Below the pieces are notes generated by a model that was not told where the DNA came from, did no database searches, and saw only the letters and a program-made list of their open reading frames with translations. The position numbers were made by a program, and so were the translations under genes. This document shows positions 41,823-56,114 of a DNA stretch of 64,000 bases, in pieces. Source of the stretch: Lingula anatina (Eukaryota; Animalia; Brachiopoda); NCBI GenBank assembly GCA_051362555.1, contig CM120647.1, positions 4,278,001 to 4,342,000 on the forward strand. The letters are read 5' to 3'. Each line of letters begins with the position of its first letter. Position 1 is the first letter of the stretch.

Positions 41823-44800
41823 CAATACGTACTGGTAGGCTATTATCTATGGTCAGGATCTCAACTTAGTACAGTGGCTATTTTGTGGAAAATGCACCGG
41901 ACAACTCCTTGCAGACTTATTACAAGCCCAACATCAAAGGCCTTTGGAAAAAAAAGAGACGCACAAATTGTTTTCCGCGACCCTCCAGTTACTTCGTTAA
42001 TTCAGTCTTGTCGCCAGCGTCGGCTGCGTGACGACTTGTCATCTGCGGGACTGATGCCGTCAAGGAGTCAGTGGCACGCGCGACCTCGACCTCCACGTCA
42101 CGTCACGCGACGTCTGTGAGTTCATAATTGATGTACATAGTGTCTATGATGACCCCCCTTACTATGATATCCCCCCCCCTTATAGTGGTAAAGGGTAATG
42201 TTCCCTTGAATCAACCTTTTTCAAATTAATTCCCTAAAATGGCCTTATTTAGTTAAACACTAATGAATTTGTACAAGTCTTTCTTATATGAATCTTTATC
42301 CAGAAAAAATTCCTTTTCTGTTCGTATTTTACACATCCAATTCTGAATGATTATTTTTCATTCACGGAATGTCTTTTCGATAAAAGTCCTTTATCACTAC
42401 CATTGAACAAAACAGGTTTTCTCAAATTCTTATCCCGCTCGTTACTGTTTAACCCTTCATGCTCTGGATGTACGTTGAAGAGTTCAGTTATCAAACTAAA
42501 TTTATGCAGCGCGCGTTCCTTTCTCTAACAATGGGCCCGTTTTGCTGGTAAAATGTTCAAAGCAAAGAGAATGCATATATTCTCACATTCTCACAGCCAG
42601 TCTGAAGACAAATTAACCCGAACAACAGATCAAATATGTTGATCACGCGATGTGCATACATGTACCACTTCGTAAGTTCATATATACCTGCTGTATGCTT
42701 TCCAACCAACATGTACATGTAAAATATGCCATAGATGTAAAATAAAAACAAATAACCAAATTTAATAATTAAATAAATAGAACAGAAAACATTTTTTTGT
42801 TTTACGTATGACTTGTATTAAATTTTAATGTTGTCTAACAAAGGGTCTTATAATATAAAAATGAATACATAAATAAATATATGTAATTAAACAATCCAGC
42901 TCATCAATTTACTGTTACTCATAGAACTAGACCATCTTGCGTAAATAATTCCCATGGCCGGATGGTATAGATTATCTATAGGAATTCTGTACCCATAGAG
43001 CTGCATATTGACAAATGGGAGGGGGGGAGGGGGGTGGCGGAGGAGCCCAACACACTGTCCGATGGTCAGCCGTCAAAACAACCACAGCTAACGGTCAGAT
43101 GCCCGAAACGCACGAAGGCAAATGCGTAAGAGCCGTTCTATCTCAACACCCTCTATATAAACAAGCATAACACCCGTGCAAAATAAAACATGACAGTTCT
43201 ACAATTTACAAGATGTAATACTTTCAACTTAAGAGGACCCTCGAGGTGGAAAACGTACTCACCCCTTCAGAAGATAACGCCGCAAAACGTGATGTTTTGC
43301 CGCTTCTTGCCAGAGAGGAATTTCGGTAGCTCGCCATTGTTTTAAAAGCGCTAATTGATCCGCGTGGGGTTTTCGCCAAAACAAAACATTATCACTTATT
43401 AGTCGGGCGCGCGCTGCGGGCCTCCCTGGCAACGCTGAGATTTTAATTAAAGGTTGGTGTTGGTTAAGCTACCGTTCAGCCAAACTGTTAGTTTACAGGG
43501 GGTGCCAAAATTTAAGGCACGGTTGAGATCGCTTGCAATAAAAACTTGATCAAAGGTTAATGGAAAGTTACAAATATATAACACACATTAATGAAAAACC
43601 AAAAAGGACTGATAAAACTCAGATGCATCCCATCCCAGGTCGTTGTACCACAGCAGTGTTATTTTCAGTTCACTAAAGTCAGATTATAAACCTTCATTTA
43701 AATTTTCACGTCTCATCACTTCAAAGACAAACTACCATGGGTCTTGACCGAATATGTTAAGAAAAACGCTCGTAGGAATATGATTGAATTTTTTTGTCTT
43801 GAGTTGATAGATAAATAAAGAAAGAAAGAAAAAAGACAGAAAGAAAAGAAGAAATAAAAAGAACAAAACTCCAACTTTCCTAGAAATTAAGAAATAAAAA
43901 CCAGGGTGGTTAATTTTTTTCTTCATCCCCTGTAAGCTTCTTTACCCAGGGTGCTGCGGCTAAGTGTGGACGTCGCCGAGGTTCACTGCCATTGCTTTTA
44001 GAATTCTTTCCATAATGGCGTAGACGAGCGTCCGGAATTTGTCAACCTCATAATTTAAAGGAAACTGCAGTAAAGCATGATTGCTTTACACTTTTGTATG
44101 GAAAAAATATTGTGCTATTCATTATTCAGTGAAGTTTTCCGTTAAATGTAAAATTTCCAACAGCATAAGAAATTAAGAAATTTTCCATACAGAACAGTAC
44201 CCGTTTGCTTTGACAATAGTGGCACTGATAATCACTAAATAATCTGCGCTTTGAATGTTGTTTTCTTTATTGTTTCATCATTTTTTTTTCAATATTTCAT
44301 TATCGTTTTGTGTTTTTCATGCATACGCTTATCAATAACAAACGCCCCATCCCTAAAACATCAAACTGCAAGTTTGAAATAAAATTAAAAGTGAAAAGGT
44401 AGTTCTTGAATATATTATCTTTTTGTAGACTGATAATCAAGCATATATACATGCATATGTATTTTTCAATGTTATTTTAACTTAATGATTAGCGAACCTT
44501 GTGAAGTTATATTATGTTTCTGGGTATTTACTGCAATATATCACTGCATCTATTGCAATCGCTGAAACAAACTCTTCCCTTATACACTGTATCAACGGTA
44601 AAATTTCAAGCTTGCAGATCACTTCGAATTAAAATTAGCAGATCACTTTAGTTAACTTTTGCAATATTTTTAAAGTAAAAGAAATCAAATATGTCATGAA
44701 GATCGTGCAACTAAAGCGAGCAATGAACTTCACTCGCTTCCCAGTCCTGCCGTAGATCTTAATTGCAGTCGTACATCTTGTTATTAGTCGTGGCAGAACC

Positions 44801-47800
44801 AACAATGGTTAACATGTCAAAAACAATAGTCCGAGACACCCGGCCCGGAATACGATACCGACCAGCTAATAGCCCTGACAGGCAGCTGAGTGAAGATTGT
44901 GGGTGGTCAACCCGTTCAAAATCTCCAGGCGGCCGAAGGCTACTGCCCCTTCATCTTTTTCAACTTAAAAACGAATCGATTAAGTTCAACTTGCCGATGT
45001 CATCATTTACATCTTTTGACTGGGTTCGTTTACACCGGAGATGATATTTTTGTGGCGTTCCTGAACCGGTCTTTATAGGTTTGACTTATTCATAATAACA
45101 TTCATTTGCAACTGCAAGCTGGATGGTACGTTTTTGACTATAGTAAAATGGTAATTCTAAGAAAAAAACATTTCAGACATTTAAACATTTTCAAAAATTG
45201 ATTTAAAAAGACATGTAAAACATTTTCATTTTCAAGATCAGCATTTAAAGTGAATCTTTGGATGTATTCGGTGCATCATAGGCGATAGAGGATCGACAGG
45301 GTGTTAACAATGGAGTTTGGATGACTCAGTGCTGAAGACCAAGCAACATAAAATGCCAGCAACAAGGTCTGGCCATTGTGCTTAAGCGGAGAACGAAACC
45401 GGTCCAGTTCAGGACTGGCAAAACATTGGTTAGTGTGGCTGCCTATGACTGTAATACAAATGCGAGTCTCGGTGCAAACAGGCATTTTAAATGATCTTTG
45501 ATGACAAAAAATGTCGCAAATGTTCATGCATTGACTCATTGTTATCGCCACAGCAAAAGAACCGTGAAACATTGTTGGTGTCAGTGCCTAAAGATTACAT
45601 TATTTTTCACATTTGTAAATATTTTGATTCTTCCCTTTTTGCGCGTGTTAGTATCGGTTTCTTATATTCACATACCAAATCATGTCCGTCATGTGAAAAA
45701 TATTTCCAGCGCATTTTATGATGTGCGAGTGATCCTTTTTTTTTAAAATAAAAGTGGTGTGTTTACGTGACGTTAAAATTGTTCATGTATGTATGCGTAG
45801 ATTGTTCAATTAACGCTAAATGCGTGTAGCTGCATTTATAATAGAGCCAGTTATTGCCTTACCCAATAAAAGCGAGAGAGAACATTTTAAATGTCAAATA
45901 ATGACCTATTTTAATTTTTCTAAATAAAGTTCGCATGCCAGGGAATGCCAACAGTAGTGGTGAACGTGGCGTTTCGTTATAACTGACGGATTAAATACCC
46001 GCCAGTATGTGTTTAGATTTCACATTAAGAGATGCTTTACACTTCGCATGAACGTGAATAACATACGATCATAACCCAAAGACAAAACATAAACTTAAAA
46101 AAAAAATAAATATGAAACTAAGTTGTAAATATTACATGAGCTATATGCGGTGATTTACGGGACTTTATCTATTCGAATTCTTCGTCTCTATCTTGACGTA
46201 TTAGTGACTGACCAAACCGAAAGTTGAAAATGAAGAATGATGCAATGCTGAAGTTAAATTCGAATGAAGCGGAATAAACGGGGGTCTCAGAATCAGGTGC
46301 GGTTTCACGCCAGGAATCAAGACTGAAAATTGGTCCCGACTTTTACACCAGTTTGAACCTCTTCTATTCGGGATAAATTTGTTTCAGTCTTGTAAAACAC
46401 ATTAACCCTTGGTTTAGTGATTTCTCTAAATTATCTGTGATTTTTGCTGATTTATCTTGGGTGAAAATTAAAAAAAAAAATGTTTAGTTTCGTTTAAAGA
46501 TAGGCTCGAGTTTCGATCTGAAATCATTTTGTAAAAACGGCAATATCCTCAGTCCTTTCGCCTTTGACTGGTTTTGGTGTAAATGTTTACTTAGACGGTC
46601 TAAAAATACTGACCGCGTTTTCGCAGCTTGTATTCTATATCATTAGAAAGCTGAACTCAAAACGATCATGTTTAGGAAGCGTACTTAACCTGGCATTGAA
46701 ACCTGATATTTGTTATTATCTTCACACATTCACATTGTACACAATAAAGATTTCCTGCTGTCATTGTAATTATGAGAATACATATGCTTTTGCCTAAAAA
46801 AACTGACAACTTTAGAAAATTGAAAAAAAAATGAGAAAAAGGACATCAAGTACAAAATAAAAACGTTGCGTGTTAAATTAAAAAAAGACAAAAACATAAA
46901 CCTTAAGTTCATAGAAGTCCCAAAAATAATCAGTGCCGTACGTTGTCCAGGCTATACAATTAACAGTGTTTTAAAACACTTTTCAAAGTAGTTAATAAGC
47001 AATGGAGTTGCAAGCTCATGACTCTACAGATGAATTCACTCTCACGGCTAATGGTGCTATTCTACTAACCGCCAGCTAACTGACTCACATTTTTTCGATT
47101 CAATGTCATTCAACAATGATCAACAGTCGAACATTCAATCGGTCTGAAAATAAATACAACCTATTTAACAACGCGTTCACTCTCTTACCTTAAGATTTCA
47201 CTGAAACTCTCCAGATTTCGTCTTCCCTGCCGATGAAACGCTTGTCGTCTGCTCGCTTATTGTTTTGCTTGTTCTACATGGGGAGGAATCTGCGTAATGC
47301 CATTAATCCATCAACAAGTTGTTGTTTGTAATTGCCTTGCACGTGCAAGGGGCCTTTCCCCGGGCCAGACCCGATATTGCGTTCTCTGTGAAGTCTCATT
47401 GGTCAATTTAATTTCATGACGTCACCCCACCACCACCACCGTCCGCCACTTGGATGACTTTTAATTGAAATGCAGGACTAAATTAATTGGCTTGTGAAGT
47501 TAATTCTCAAAGGGACTTGCACTGTACTGGATGTTAACGTAGGGTCACGGGGTACTCTTTCGCTCGTGCCAACGGATCTTCTTTACTTAAAACTACTACT
47601 AATAATAGATAAATTGAGTACTATATACAAATAGTGTTCAGTATATAAATCATTACTAGTGCGTACTAGTACTTGTAGTCACTATATACAAAGCGTAAAA
47701 AGGGTGACTTTCATGAACAAATAGAAATACAACAGATGCCTTAATTTGCAGTTTCTTGCTTTTACAAGTACAAAAATGTTCTTTCATTTTTGTCCATTTA

Positions 47801-48136
47801 CAAATACCGACTATGTAACGTGATGACATACACCCCCTTCACTTGTCTTGTTGGTGTTTTCCTATTTGTTTAAGTAATTTTTTTTCTAAAATTCTTTTTT
47901 ACTGAACATTAGCTTATTTGTACAGGTTTGTACAAATGGTCAGTAAAAAGAAAGACAGCGTATGAAAATAGTCAATGTTTTTGTTTGAATAGCTGCCGAT
48001 AAAGTTCACTGTATCTAAACAACTGCACGATGAAAGGCAGGCTATTTTAAGTGACGTTCAGTTTGCTATGCGTTTTTATGGCAACCTTTTGAATATTTGA
48101 AAGGATTAGGAGAGGACGGTTCAGTTGTGCGTGTTT

Positions 48137-48153
48137 GTGTGTGTGTGTGTGTG

Positions 48154-48245
<92 letters not shown>

Positions 48246-48255
48246 GAGAGAGAGA
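48137..48255. repeat. Compound (GT)n(GA)n microsatellite
   Basis: Read directly from the sequence. Confidence 0.95.
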
Positions 48256-48935
48256 ATGTAATTTAACGCAAGAAAAGTTGAGAGAATGGAAGGAGAGAAT
48301 TTTTGGACATATTTCACGTTCTTAATAAAAAAAAAAAAAAAATAATAATAATAAAGAGAAGAAGAATTATTTTGCGAGTGCATTCAAAATATTAGCTGAT
48401 AATAACTCAAACCGAGAGAAAGATGGGTGTCTTCAAGGAAGTGCTAAGTACCCAAAACGTGCCTAAATCACTTCCTCTCTCAATCTACCTATTCATTACA
48501 TTTTTCTCTAATCTGTTACATAATCCCTCAAGATGTTTGTTCAACTCATCGAATATGAAAGGAACACCCGAGCTTTATAGCCGCTGTCATTAGCATCGTC
48601 CCTTTTGATATTGACCGCCGTTGATTTGCCCCGACAAGTCTCAACAGTGGTAATCTTATTACATTGACGGAGAAGGAGGGGTCGAGCACTCAAATCATGC
48701 TGATTGTCAGTAAGCCCGTTTCTGCTTTTAGATATGCGCTTTACGCTCTGCATAATGTAATGGAGTGGATCACTCTTCTGGTCGGTCAGGCAGGTAGTAT
48801 TTTCCTAAAGCAAATTGACCAAGGCCGTTTACAATGAACCTTAGTAGACTAACATTTATATGCAAGACTCTATGACCATAGCTTCTTTCTTGATATACTG
48901 CAAGCATAACCATATCACTGGGGTGTGGCTCTAGT

Positions 48936-48947
48936 GCGTGTGTGTGT

Positions 48948-49022
<75 letters not shown>

Positions 49023-49108
49023 TGTGTGTGTGTGAGTGTGTGTGTGTTTGCGTGTGTGTGTGTGTGTGCGTGTGTGTGTGTGTGTCTGTGTCTGTGTCTG
49101 TGTGTGTT

Positions 49109-49139
<31 letters not shown>

Positions 49140-49332
49140 CTGTGTGTGTGTGCGTGTGTGTGTGTGTGTCTGTGTGTGTGTGTGTGTGTGTCTGTGTGTG
49201 TGTGCGTGTGTGTGTCTGTGTGTCTGTGTCTGTGTGTGTTTGCGTGTGTGTGTGTGTGTGTGTGTGCGTGTGTCTGTGTGTATGTGTGTGTGTTTGCGTG
49301 TGTGTGTGTGTGTGTGTGTTTATGTGTGTGCG
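48936..49332. repeat. ~400-bp (TG)n array with recurring TTTGCG/TCTG interruptions
   Basis: Read directly; it is the source of the spurious CV-repeat ORFs. Confidence 0.95.
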
Positions 49333-49479
49333 TGCCTATCCCCGTGCGAATACTGTTACGTGCACATTTATTATTAAAGTTGATTTCATTAATAAAGCTG
49401 AAGAGAGTGATATTTTAAGCAAGAATCCATAACCATTGTTATTTAAAAGACGTATTAAAAGCAGAGACATACAAGGCTA

Positions 49480-49511
<32 letters not shown>

Positions 49512-50423
49512 AGTGTGTTTAAGAGCGTGTATGACCGTACGGGTGTCCTTGTATTTTTCTTATAGCTTTTTCAATGTAGATTTAATATTTGACACATCTT
49601 CTATTGAACTCTACCTGTAAACATCACTGTAACACAAACACACTTATGCAGACGCTTTGCGTTACACTCAATTGAAACGTCTGAAAGGACGGTAGAAAAC
49701 CATTGTAGTAGATGTTCCGAATGCCGTGCATTCCAAGTTGACTCACCTAACACACTCTAACATAAAAGCGTTGGATTTGTATCGAAACCTGGGGTTTGGT
49801 TGAATAAAAGTATAAGCCTGGGGCTATGAGTTAAAAGTGTTATGGCAAAATGAATAGAAAGTGGAACAGTGATTGTCACTGGTTACTTAGACAGCGCCCT
49901 CGTCCCATCATCAGTTCATTAAAAAAATTCTTCCCTATATGTGTAGTGCATTTATACAATATGCACAAGCGTATTGTATATTGACCAAAATATGCAAATG
50001 TTGCACGTTTATCAGTGGAACTGAATATCGACATTCGTGTGGACGAGCTAAAAGTTTATAATAGAGCTGCATGATAATGAGATTGTTAGCCTTATTGCAA
50101 TCAGCAAGAGTTCCAGCGGAATGGGATCGAGCAACGTATTTCATTGGGAATGAGTACATAGTCTCACAACGTGGCGCGGAGTTTCACTCACTTATCCTTG
50201 GGGGTGTAGATGCAGCATTGCTGCTGGTTGGTTAATAATGTTCTATGTTAATGAAGGAATTTCAAACGATTTCATGGGTTGTTAAGTCCTGTTAAAACCT
50301 ATGGTAACATTGCTTATCCCGATAACGCTGAATCCCGCGGTCAACGATGGCTCCGCTTATTTATCGCCAGGAGTCTGTGGCGTTAATCAGGCACGTCTGT
50401 CCTGCGTTAAATCGCTTGATTTA

Positions 50424-50487
50424 GTCCTCTTTACACTGGACGGCGTCCTTTCTGCGTCCCGTAGTACATGTACGGCCCCGTTGAGAG

Positions 50488-50530
<43 letters not shown>

Positions 50531-50672
50531 TCCGTGCCGACAACTGACCGATCATTGAGCATTCATTCTGCAACGAAAGCGATGCTTTTGCCTCCTATCG
50601 ACGACAACAGCGATGTCAGTTTGATGGTCGCACAAAGGACGCAGAAAGAACGCCGTCCAAAGTAAAGGGGGT
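50424..50672. mobile_element. Harbinger-like MITE containing an (AAT)n tract
   Basis: Inverted repeats of about 34 bp, CCTCTTTACACTGGACGGCGTCCTTTCTGCGTCC (50426-50459) and GGACGCAGAAAGAACGCCGTCCAAAGTAAAGGGG (50637-50670). Confidence 0.6.
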
Positions 50673-50993
50673 ATCAGGAATGGAAAGAAAATACAAATAC
50701 TCTCGCACTCATGATAAGCCACGGTTAATTTTACACAGATAACACAAGGATAATATAGCGATCAAAATGTAACACTTAGGAATAATAAACATAAAGTACT
50801 ACTTGAAAGTGAACATAGAAACAGATTACTACACTGTATTTCCGGGCGGATTGAAACTGTAGTTGGCTGTATACTGAGTTCTTTTCTGCATTAGCTTTCT
50901 TTCAAAGTGTATGGATTATCTGTTGCGTTACAGTCTTATTTTCTGGTTTTAAAAATAATGAATGGTATCAATAGACAAAAGAATAACACACAC

Positions 50994-51077
<84 letters not shown>

Positions 51078-51820
51078 AATCAAACTAAACCAAACTAAAT
51101 CTATTATTATATTAATTACAATGTGTGTTCTTCATGGGAGTTCTAGTTCAGTTTCATATATATGCACGAGTATTTATAGACAGACAGTTAGTCAAGTTGC
51201 CACTACCATAGTACCATGGCCCAAAGGAGCCTATGCATGGGTCTTTTATTCGCCCCTTAATATGCAAAAACGACATGCACCGTATCTTTTTCGTACGTTA
51301 ATAAGTAGCGGAATTGACATGGTCATCTCTTGTTCGTCATTCACTGAGACCCAAGAATGAGAAATTGACCAGATCCGCCCTGCGTTTGTCTTATACTCTG
51401 CGTCTCATAAATTTCAATAAAAGTCAATTTCGAATTTCGAGTTTTATAACATAGCCATTTGAAGCTCAAAAATCTACAGTAAGAGATGAATGCAAGATGG
51501 GTCGCGTCAATCTCGCATCTATGGAGTTCAGTAAATGGCGAAACAGACAAAGCCATGTCATTTTTGGGGCTTAAAGCTCTGTGGTAAAAGACGTATTCTG
51601 CATGTGCCTTGTTATTTTCGCTGGCTATATAGGGCTTAATAACATACGAAATAGAAATGGTTCATGTCGTTTTAGAATGTTAAAGGGGCGACTAAAGACG
51701 CGCGAGCAGGCTCCTATGGGCCATGGTAGGAAAGGACACATCCTTCAACATATTGTGTTATAATATCCTTGGCTAGTCCTGGATTTTTTAATATTAAGAT
51801 AAAAAATAAAATGCGACTTC
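50640..51820 (+). repeat. Segmental duplication copy 1 (upstream of the VWA gene); copy 2 at ~62190-64000
   Basis: Collinear matches such as ttttacacagataacacaaggataat, cagacagttagtcaagt and tcttgttcgtcattcactgagaccc, ending at aaaaaataaaatgc(g/a)acttc. Confidence 0.9.
51214..51726. mobile_element. TA-flanked MITE with long imperfect TIRs
   Basis: TA-CCATGGCCCAAAGGAGCCT...AGGCTCCTATGGGCCATGG-TA; arms align for about 100 bp; a longer copy lies at 62864-63905. Confidence 0.75.
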
Positions 51821-52854
51821 ACCCAGCCGATCGCAGGTTTGGTATATATGTTGACCGCTAGATGTCCGAAGACAGCATTCCAAGACAAGCTAATGTTTTA
51901 CTGTTACTTTGAAGTTGTATTGATGATAAACTAATCAATAAATTTAAAAAACAAACTGTGTGTATGTGTGTATTTGACTGATTTCATTGTTGATAAACGA
52001 TCGTCTTCGGCCGAAATAGAAATAGAACTCATGTATTGTGACACTTTAGGGATTTTTACACATCCTTTTCCTAAAGAGTTTCTCGTTCGCGTCGACTACG
52101 GCAAGCAAACAATGCCAGGGCTTTAGATTCTTTGTGAAACACTCCTAGTCGACTGCAGCGTAGTCGACCTAGCTTGGTCATTCAGCTCGAGCCAGTCAAC
52201 TACGGTTTTAAGGTTCTTCGTGAAACGGGGGCCTGCTCTGTAAACATGCACTTAGTATTCAGTTGGCATGGTCACGTTTCAAAATGTAAAACTCAACATA
52301 TTGCACCGCAATTAAAGTTATAGCAACAAGGCGTAATGCGCTTGTCATCCTCTGTACATCCCTCAAAGCTATGTATGTTTTTTTTTTCTGATTAGGCGCC
52401 AGGCGAAATAATTGTCCCATTTTAGTGCACAGTTCTAGTATTATAAAACCTTGTTGTCTCTAAAAACATGTCCTTGACAGAAATAAAATATTTAACGAGC
52501 GCAGGTGATTATGGTCCATCATGGCTGCACTTAAGACTGTCATTACAACAGACAGCTATTTCCTTCAAGTCTGCGTTGAGGTTCCTGTGTTCATTAAGAT
52601 TTTTGTTCCAATTTCATACATTCCTGCTTATTTTGAAACAAAGCAATTGCAGGATTTGCCTCCGATTGTTCCGTGCTTTGAAATTTCTTTGATACTGGTA
52701 AGTTATTGACTTTTTTTGGAGAGCAAGGACAGTCTTTAGGAAGAGATGTTTTAACGCGGCCGGTGAGGCTACATATTTCACCTCAATTCAGACAAATGTC
52801 ACAAGAATCTTGTACTAGACAGCCATTAAATTCGTCTTTGGCGGATACATTTGC

Positions 52855-52916
52855 CATTGGCAATAACAACACAACAGGTGTGCCAGCAGCGCATCCGTTC
52901 GTAGTATTATATATAA
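52855..52916 (+). promoter_or_regulatory. Candidate VWA gene promoter (CCAAT-like, TATA)
   Basis: ccATTGG near 52855 and TATATATAA near 52908-52916, about 50 nt upstream of the ATG at 52964. Confidence 0.5.
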
Positions 52917-52963
52917 CAGCGCGGTTACTAATAACGTCATACAGATCCAACGCTGGAACCGAA

Positions 52964-53021
52964 ATGAAGCGATTCTTTGCACTCATTGTGACTGCTGCTC
53001 TGTTGCTGAACGAGGGTAACG
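52964..53021 (+). CDS. VWA gene exon 1 (signal peptide)
   Basis: MKRFFALIVTAALLLNEGN followed by G|GTAAG. Confidence 0.8.
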
Positions 53022-56000
53022 GTAAGCTATTGATAATTGTATAATTGTATTCCATAAACTGTCGATTAATAGGACAACGTTCAATATGACAAACTTCGAC
53101 TATCTTATCCTTATCCAAGATTTGCAGTATTTTTCAATTTAACATATCTTTTTTGAGGTTTAAATCAGCACATTTTCATAAAAAACAATAACATATACAT
53201 TAAAATGCGAGATAGATTCAACAGAAAAATAACTTCATAGTATATGCATGTTTACTAAACATCACACAAGCTTCTTGAAAAAGACTGGCATGGGAATATT
53301 CATGCATTCGGTATCACAGTTAGTCATTTACTTAGTTGTAGCCAATGATGCCTTTTCCGGATCAGAGTTCCTGAATAATGGCAAAATGGACTCCGTGATT
53401 TCTTGGTACATGTATGATGACAATTACGTGATTACAAGTTTTTTTTTGCATGTAGACACTCGAACCCCTAAAATGGGGACTAAAAGGTCATATCCAATAT
53501 ATATATATATATATATATATTTCGGTAGACCATTACTCACTAATCAACTGCCTACATGTCCTACAACAAAACTGGACCAGATTGGACAATTTTAGACCGA
53601 TGCCTGGAATGCTATTCCAGATTGAACTCTAAAAACCTACCCCCAAGAAATGCCTTGCCGCTTGAGAGCGCTGGCAACAGCCACGAAGAGGCCAGGCGTG
53701 ACAACGACCATTACTGTGACCAGCAACTGACATGAGGGTCTTTTGTGGAGCGTATTACCCTTTTACAGACGATAATTTGGAAAATATAGAGATCCAAAAT
53801 ATCTCTTTTAATGGTAGTCGTATGACATAGAATAGGCAATGTGTTTTTGTTTGCTTCTCTGGCGAATTCCATTAATGAACTGATGTCACAATGACATCAA
53901 AGAGATAATATAAAGTTATTAAAACACTATTTTAATCCTTATTTTCATTTATCAGTCAGCAAAATAGGTAAAAAATGATAAAAAATTATTTCGAAAAAAA
54001 TATTCCATATTAAATGTCAAGTCTGTATATATATAGACTTGACATTTAATATGGAATATTTTTTCCAAAACATAATTCATCAGTTTTTTTCTTATTTTGC
54101 TGACTGATAAATGAAAATAAGGATACAAATCGTGTTTTAATAACCTTTGATAATCTCTTCGATGTCATTGTGACATCAGTTCATTGATTGAATTCGTCAG
54201 TGAAGCAAACAAAAATACATTGCCTATTTTAAGTCATACGACAACCATTGAAAGCGATAATTTGGATCTCCATATTTTCATAATTATTGTCTTTAAAAGA
54301 GTTACACGCCCCACAAAGGCCCCCCATGTCAGTGTCTAGTCACAGCAACAGTCGCTGTTACGCTTGACCTCATCTTGCTGCTACCAGAGCTTTCAAGCCG
54401 CAAGGCATTTCTTATGATAGACTTTTTAGAGTTTAATCAGGAATAAAATTCCAGAATACGGTGAAAAGTTGTCCAATTTGGCTCAGTTTTGATGTAGGAC
54501 ATGCAGGCCGTTTATTCGGCGAGTAATGGCCTACTCACATATTGTCTATGTGGTTCAAATATGGCAATTTTGATGACCACGGTAGCTACTCATTCCCTTG
54601 GTTCTGTAAGTTATCTGCTATTAAAAGTGCTCTGTGTGAACCGGCAACCTCACCCTGCAACCTAAAATTGTTCCTTAGGTGTCTCCTATCAAATGATAGT
54701 CAAGTGGTTCCCAGATTATTCCTTTATTTGATCTGGTTCAGGTTTTCATCGATGACTGCCATTGGTGTTTTGGCACCAATGTGGTATCCACTCCAAATAC
54801 TGACACTGTCAATGACCCTAGTCACTTAAGAAGTGGCACACGCTTCGTCGTAGGCCTCTTCAGGACGTCTGTAAACTCTGTTTTGACCAGTTTAGCGGTA
54901 CAGGTTAAATGTGACCTCAATAAAGAAATCCACGCGTTTCAGTGTTTTACCCAGAAACTGTCATGGTCCCCAATTCATTAGAGAAACAGACTAGGCTGCT
55001 TTGCTGTTTACAGAGGCTTCCTCAGAGGTCGTCTGGAATCCTAACCTGCTGATATCAGTTTGGTGTTCGCTAAGAGCCTTGAAAAACAAGTTTTGGTGAC
55101 AATTTGTCCCTCATTCAAAACGGACTGGGTGGTTTTGGTTTAATTGCAGCAGCATATCCTGAAGGACAGTGAGTCCTATACCCTGGTGGTAAGACGTCGA
55201 TGCATTGGGCTTGGTCTCTGTGTAGTGCCTCAAACTGGGCATAACTCTATATAACTGTGTAGACCGTTCCGTTCGACACAATAATCTGTCTGGCAATGTC
55301 TGTGTTTTTCGCGCCATTCTGGCACAGCTTAACACTTTTGTAAAACGCTGCTTAACTCATTTTACGCACTGCAAAACCGACCGCTTGCATGCAAAATTTC
55401 AAATTCTTCTATGCAGTATTTGCCGACATATGGATACTTTTTTGACAGAACCATGCTTCGCCAAAGCCAAGCTTTGACTAGCCCAAAGGAGCACTGCCCA
55501 ATTAAATCACTGCATATTACACAAGGCAGCAGTGCAACAGACTTGGTAGTCAGTTAATTGGCAGCGACACACCTGACTTCACACTTATCCAGTCAGATGT
55601 CTTATATGAAATCTAAATTTTATGAAAAAAGAACGCATTTTTACCTAGGTATACCTTTAAAACTGAAATATTCCATATTAAATGTCAAGTCTGTATATAT
55701 ATAATCAATTATTCTATCAACAAGGGATATCAACGACGGCAAGTGATTTCTCGGACATTTTAAAGAAGATTGTGTCTCCCTGTACCACCGAGCAAAACAA
55801 CTGTAAAAACCCTGCTCTTGATATTGTCTTGGCATTGGACAGCAGTTCGAGCATTAATGATACCGAGTTTAAGATGCAGAAAAATGCCACAAAGGTAATT
55901 AGTGCTTTGATGTTCCTGAATCCAAAATGTAGAAAAAACGTTTATCAAAGAAACTTAGTTTTACTTTGAATTCAAAATGTAAATAACATCTGAAGAAGTT

Positions 56001-56069
56001 TTACTGATATAGGTATTCAACTCTCGCTTCTTCGTGTCAGTGATCTTACCATGGGCTATTTCTAATGTG

Positions 56070-56114
<45 letters not shown>

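Noticed and set aside
45368-45410. GAAACCGGTC resembling the 3' half of a hammerhead
   Set aside because: No correctly placed CUGANGA core.
48938-49432. Cys/Val-rich ORFs
   Set aside because: Translation of the (TG)n microsatellite.
53342-53405. Possible extra VWA exon (ANDAFSGSEFLNNGKMDSVIS)
   Set aside because: The acceptor is in frame, but the available donors do not match the phase-1 acceptor at 55725.
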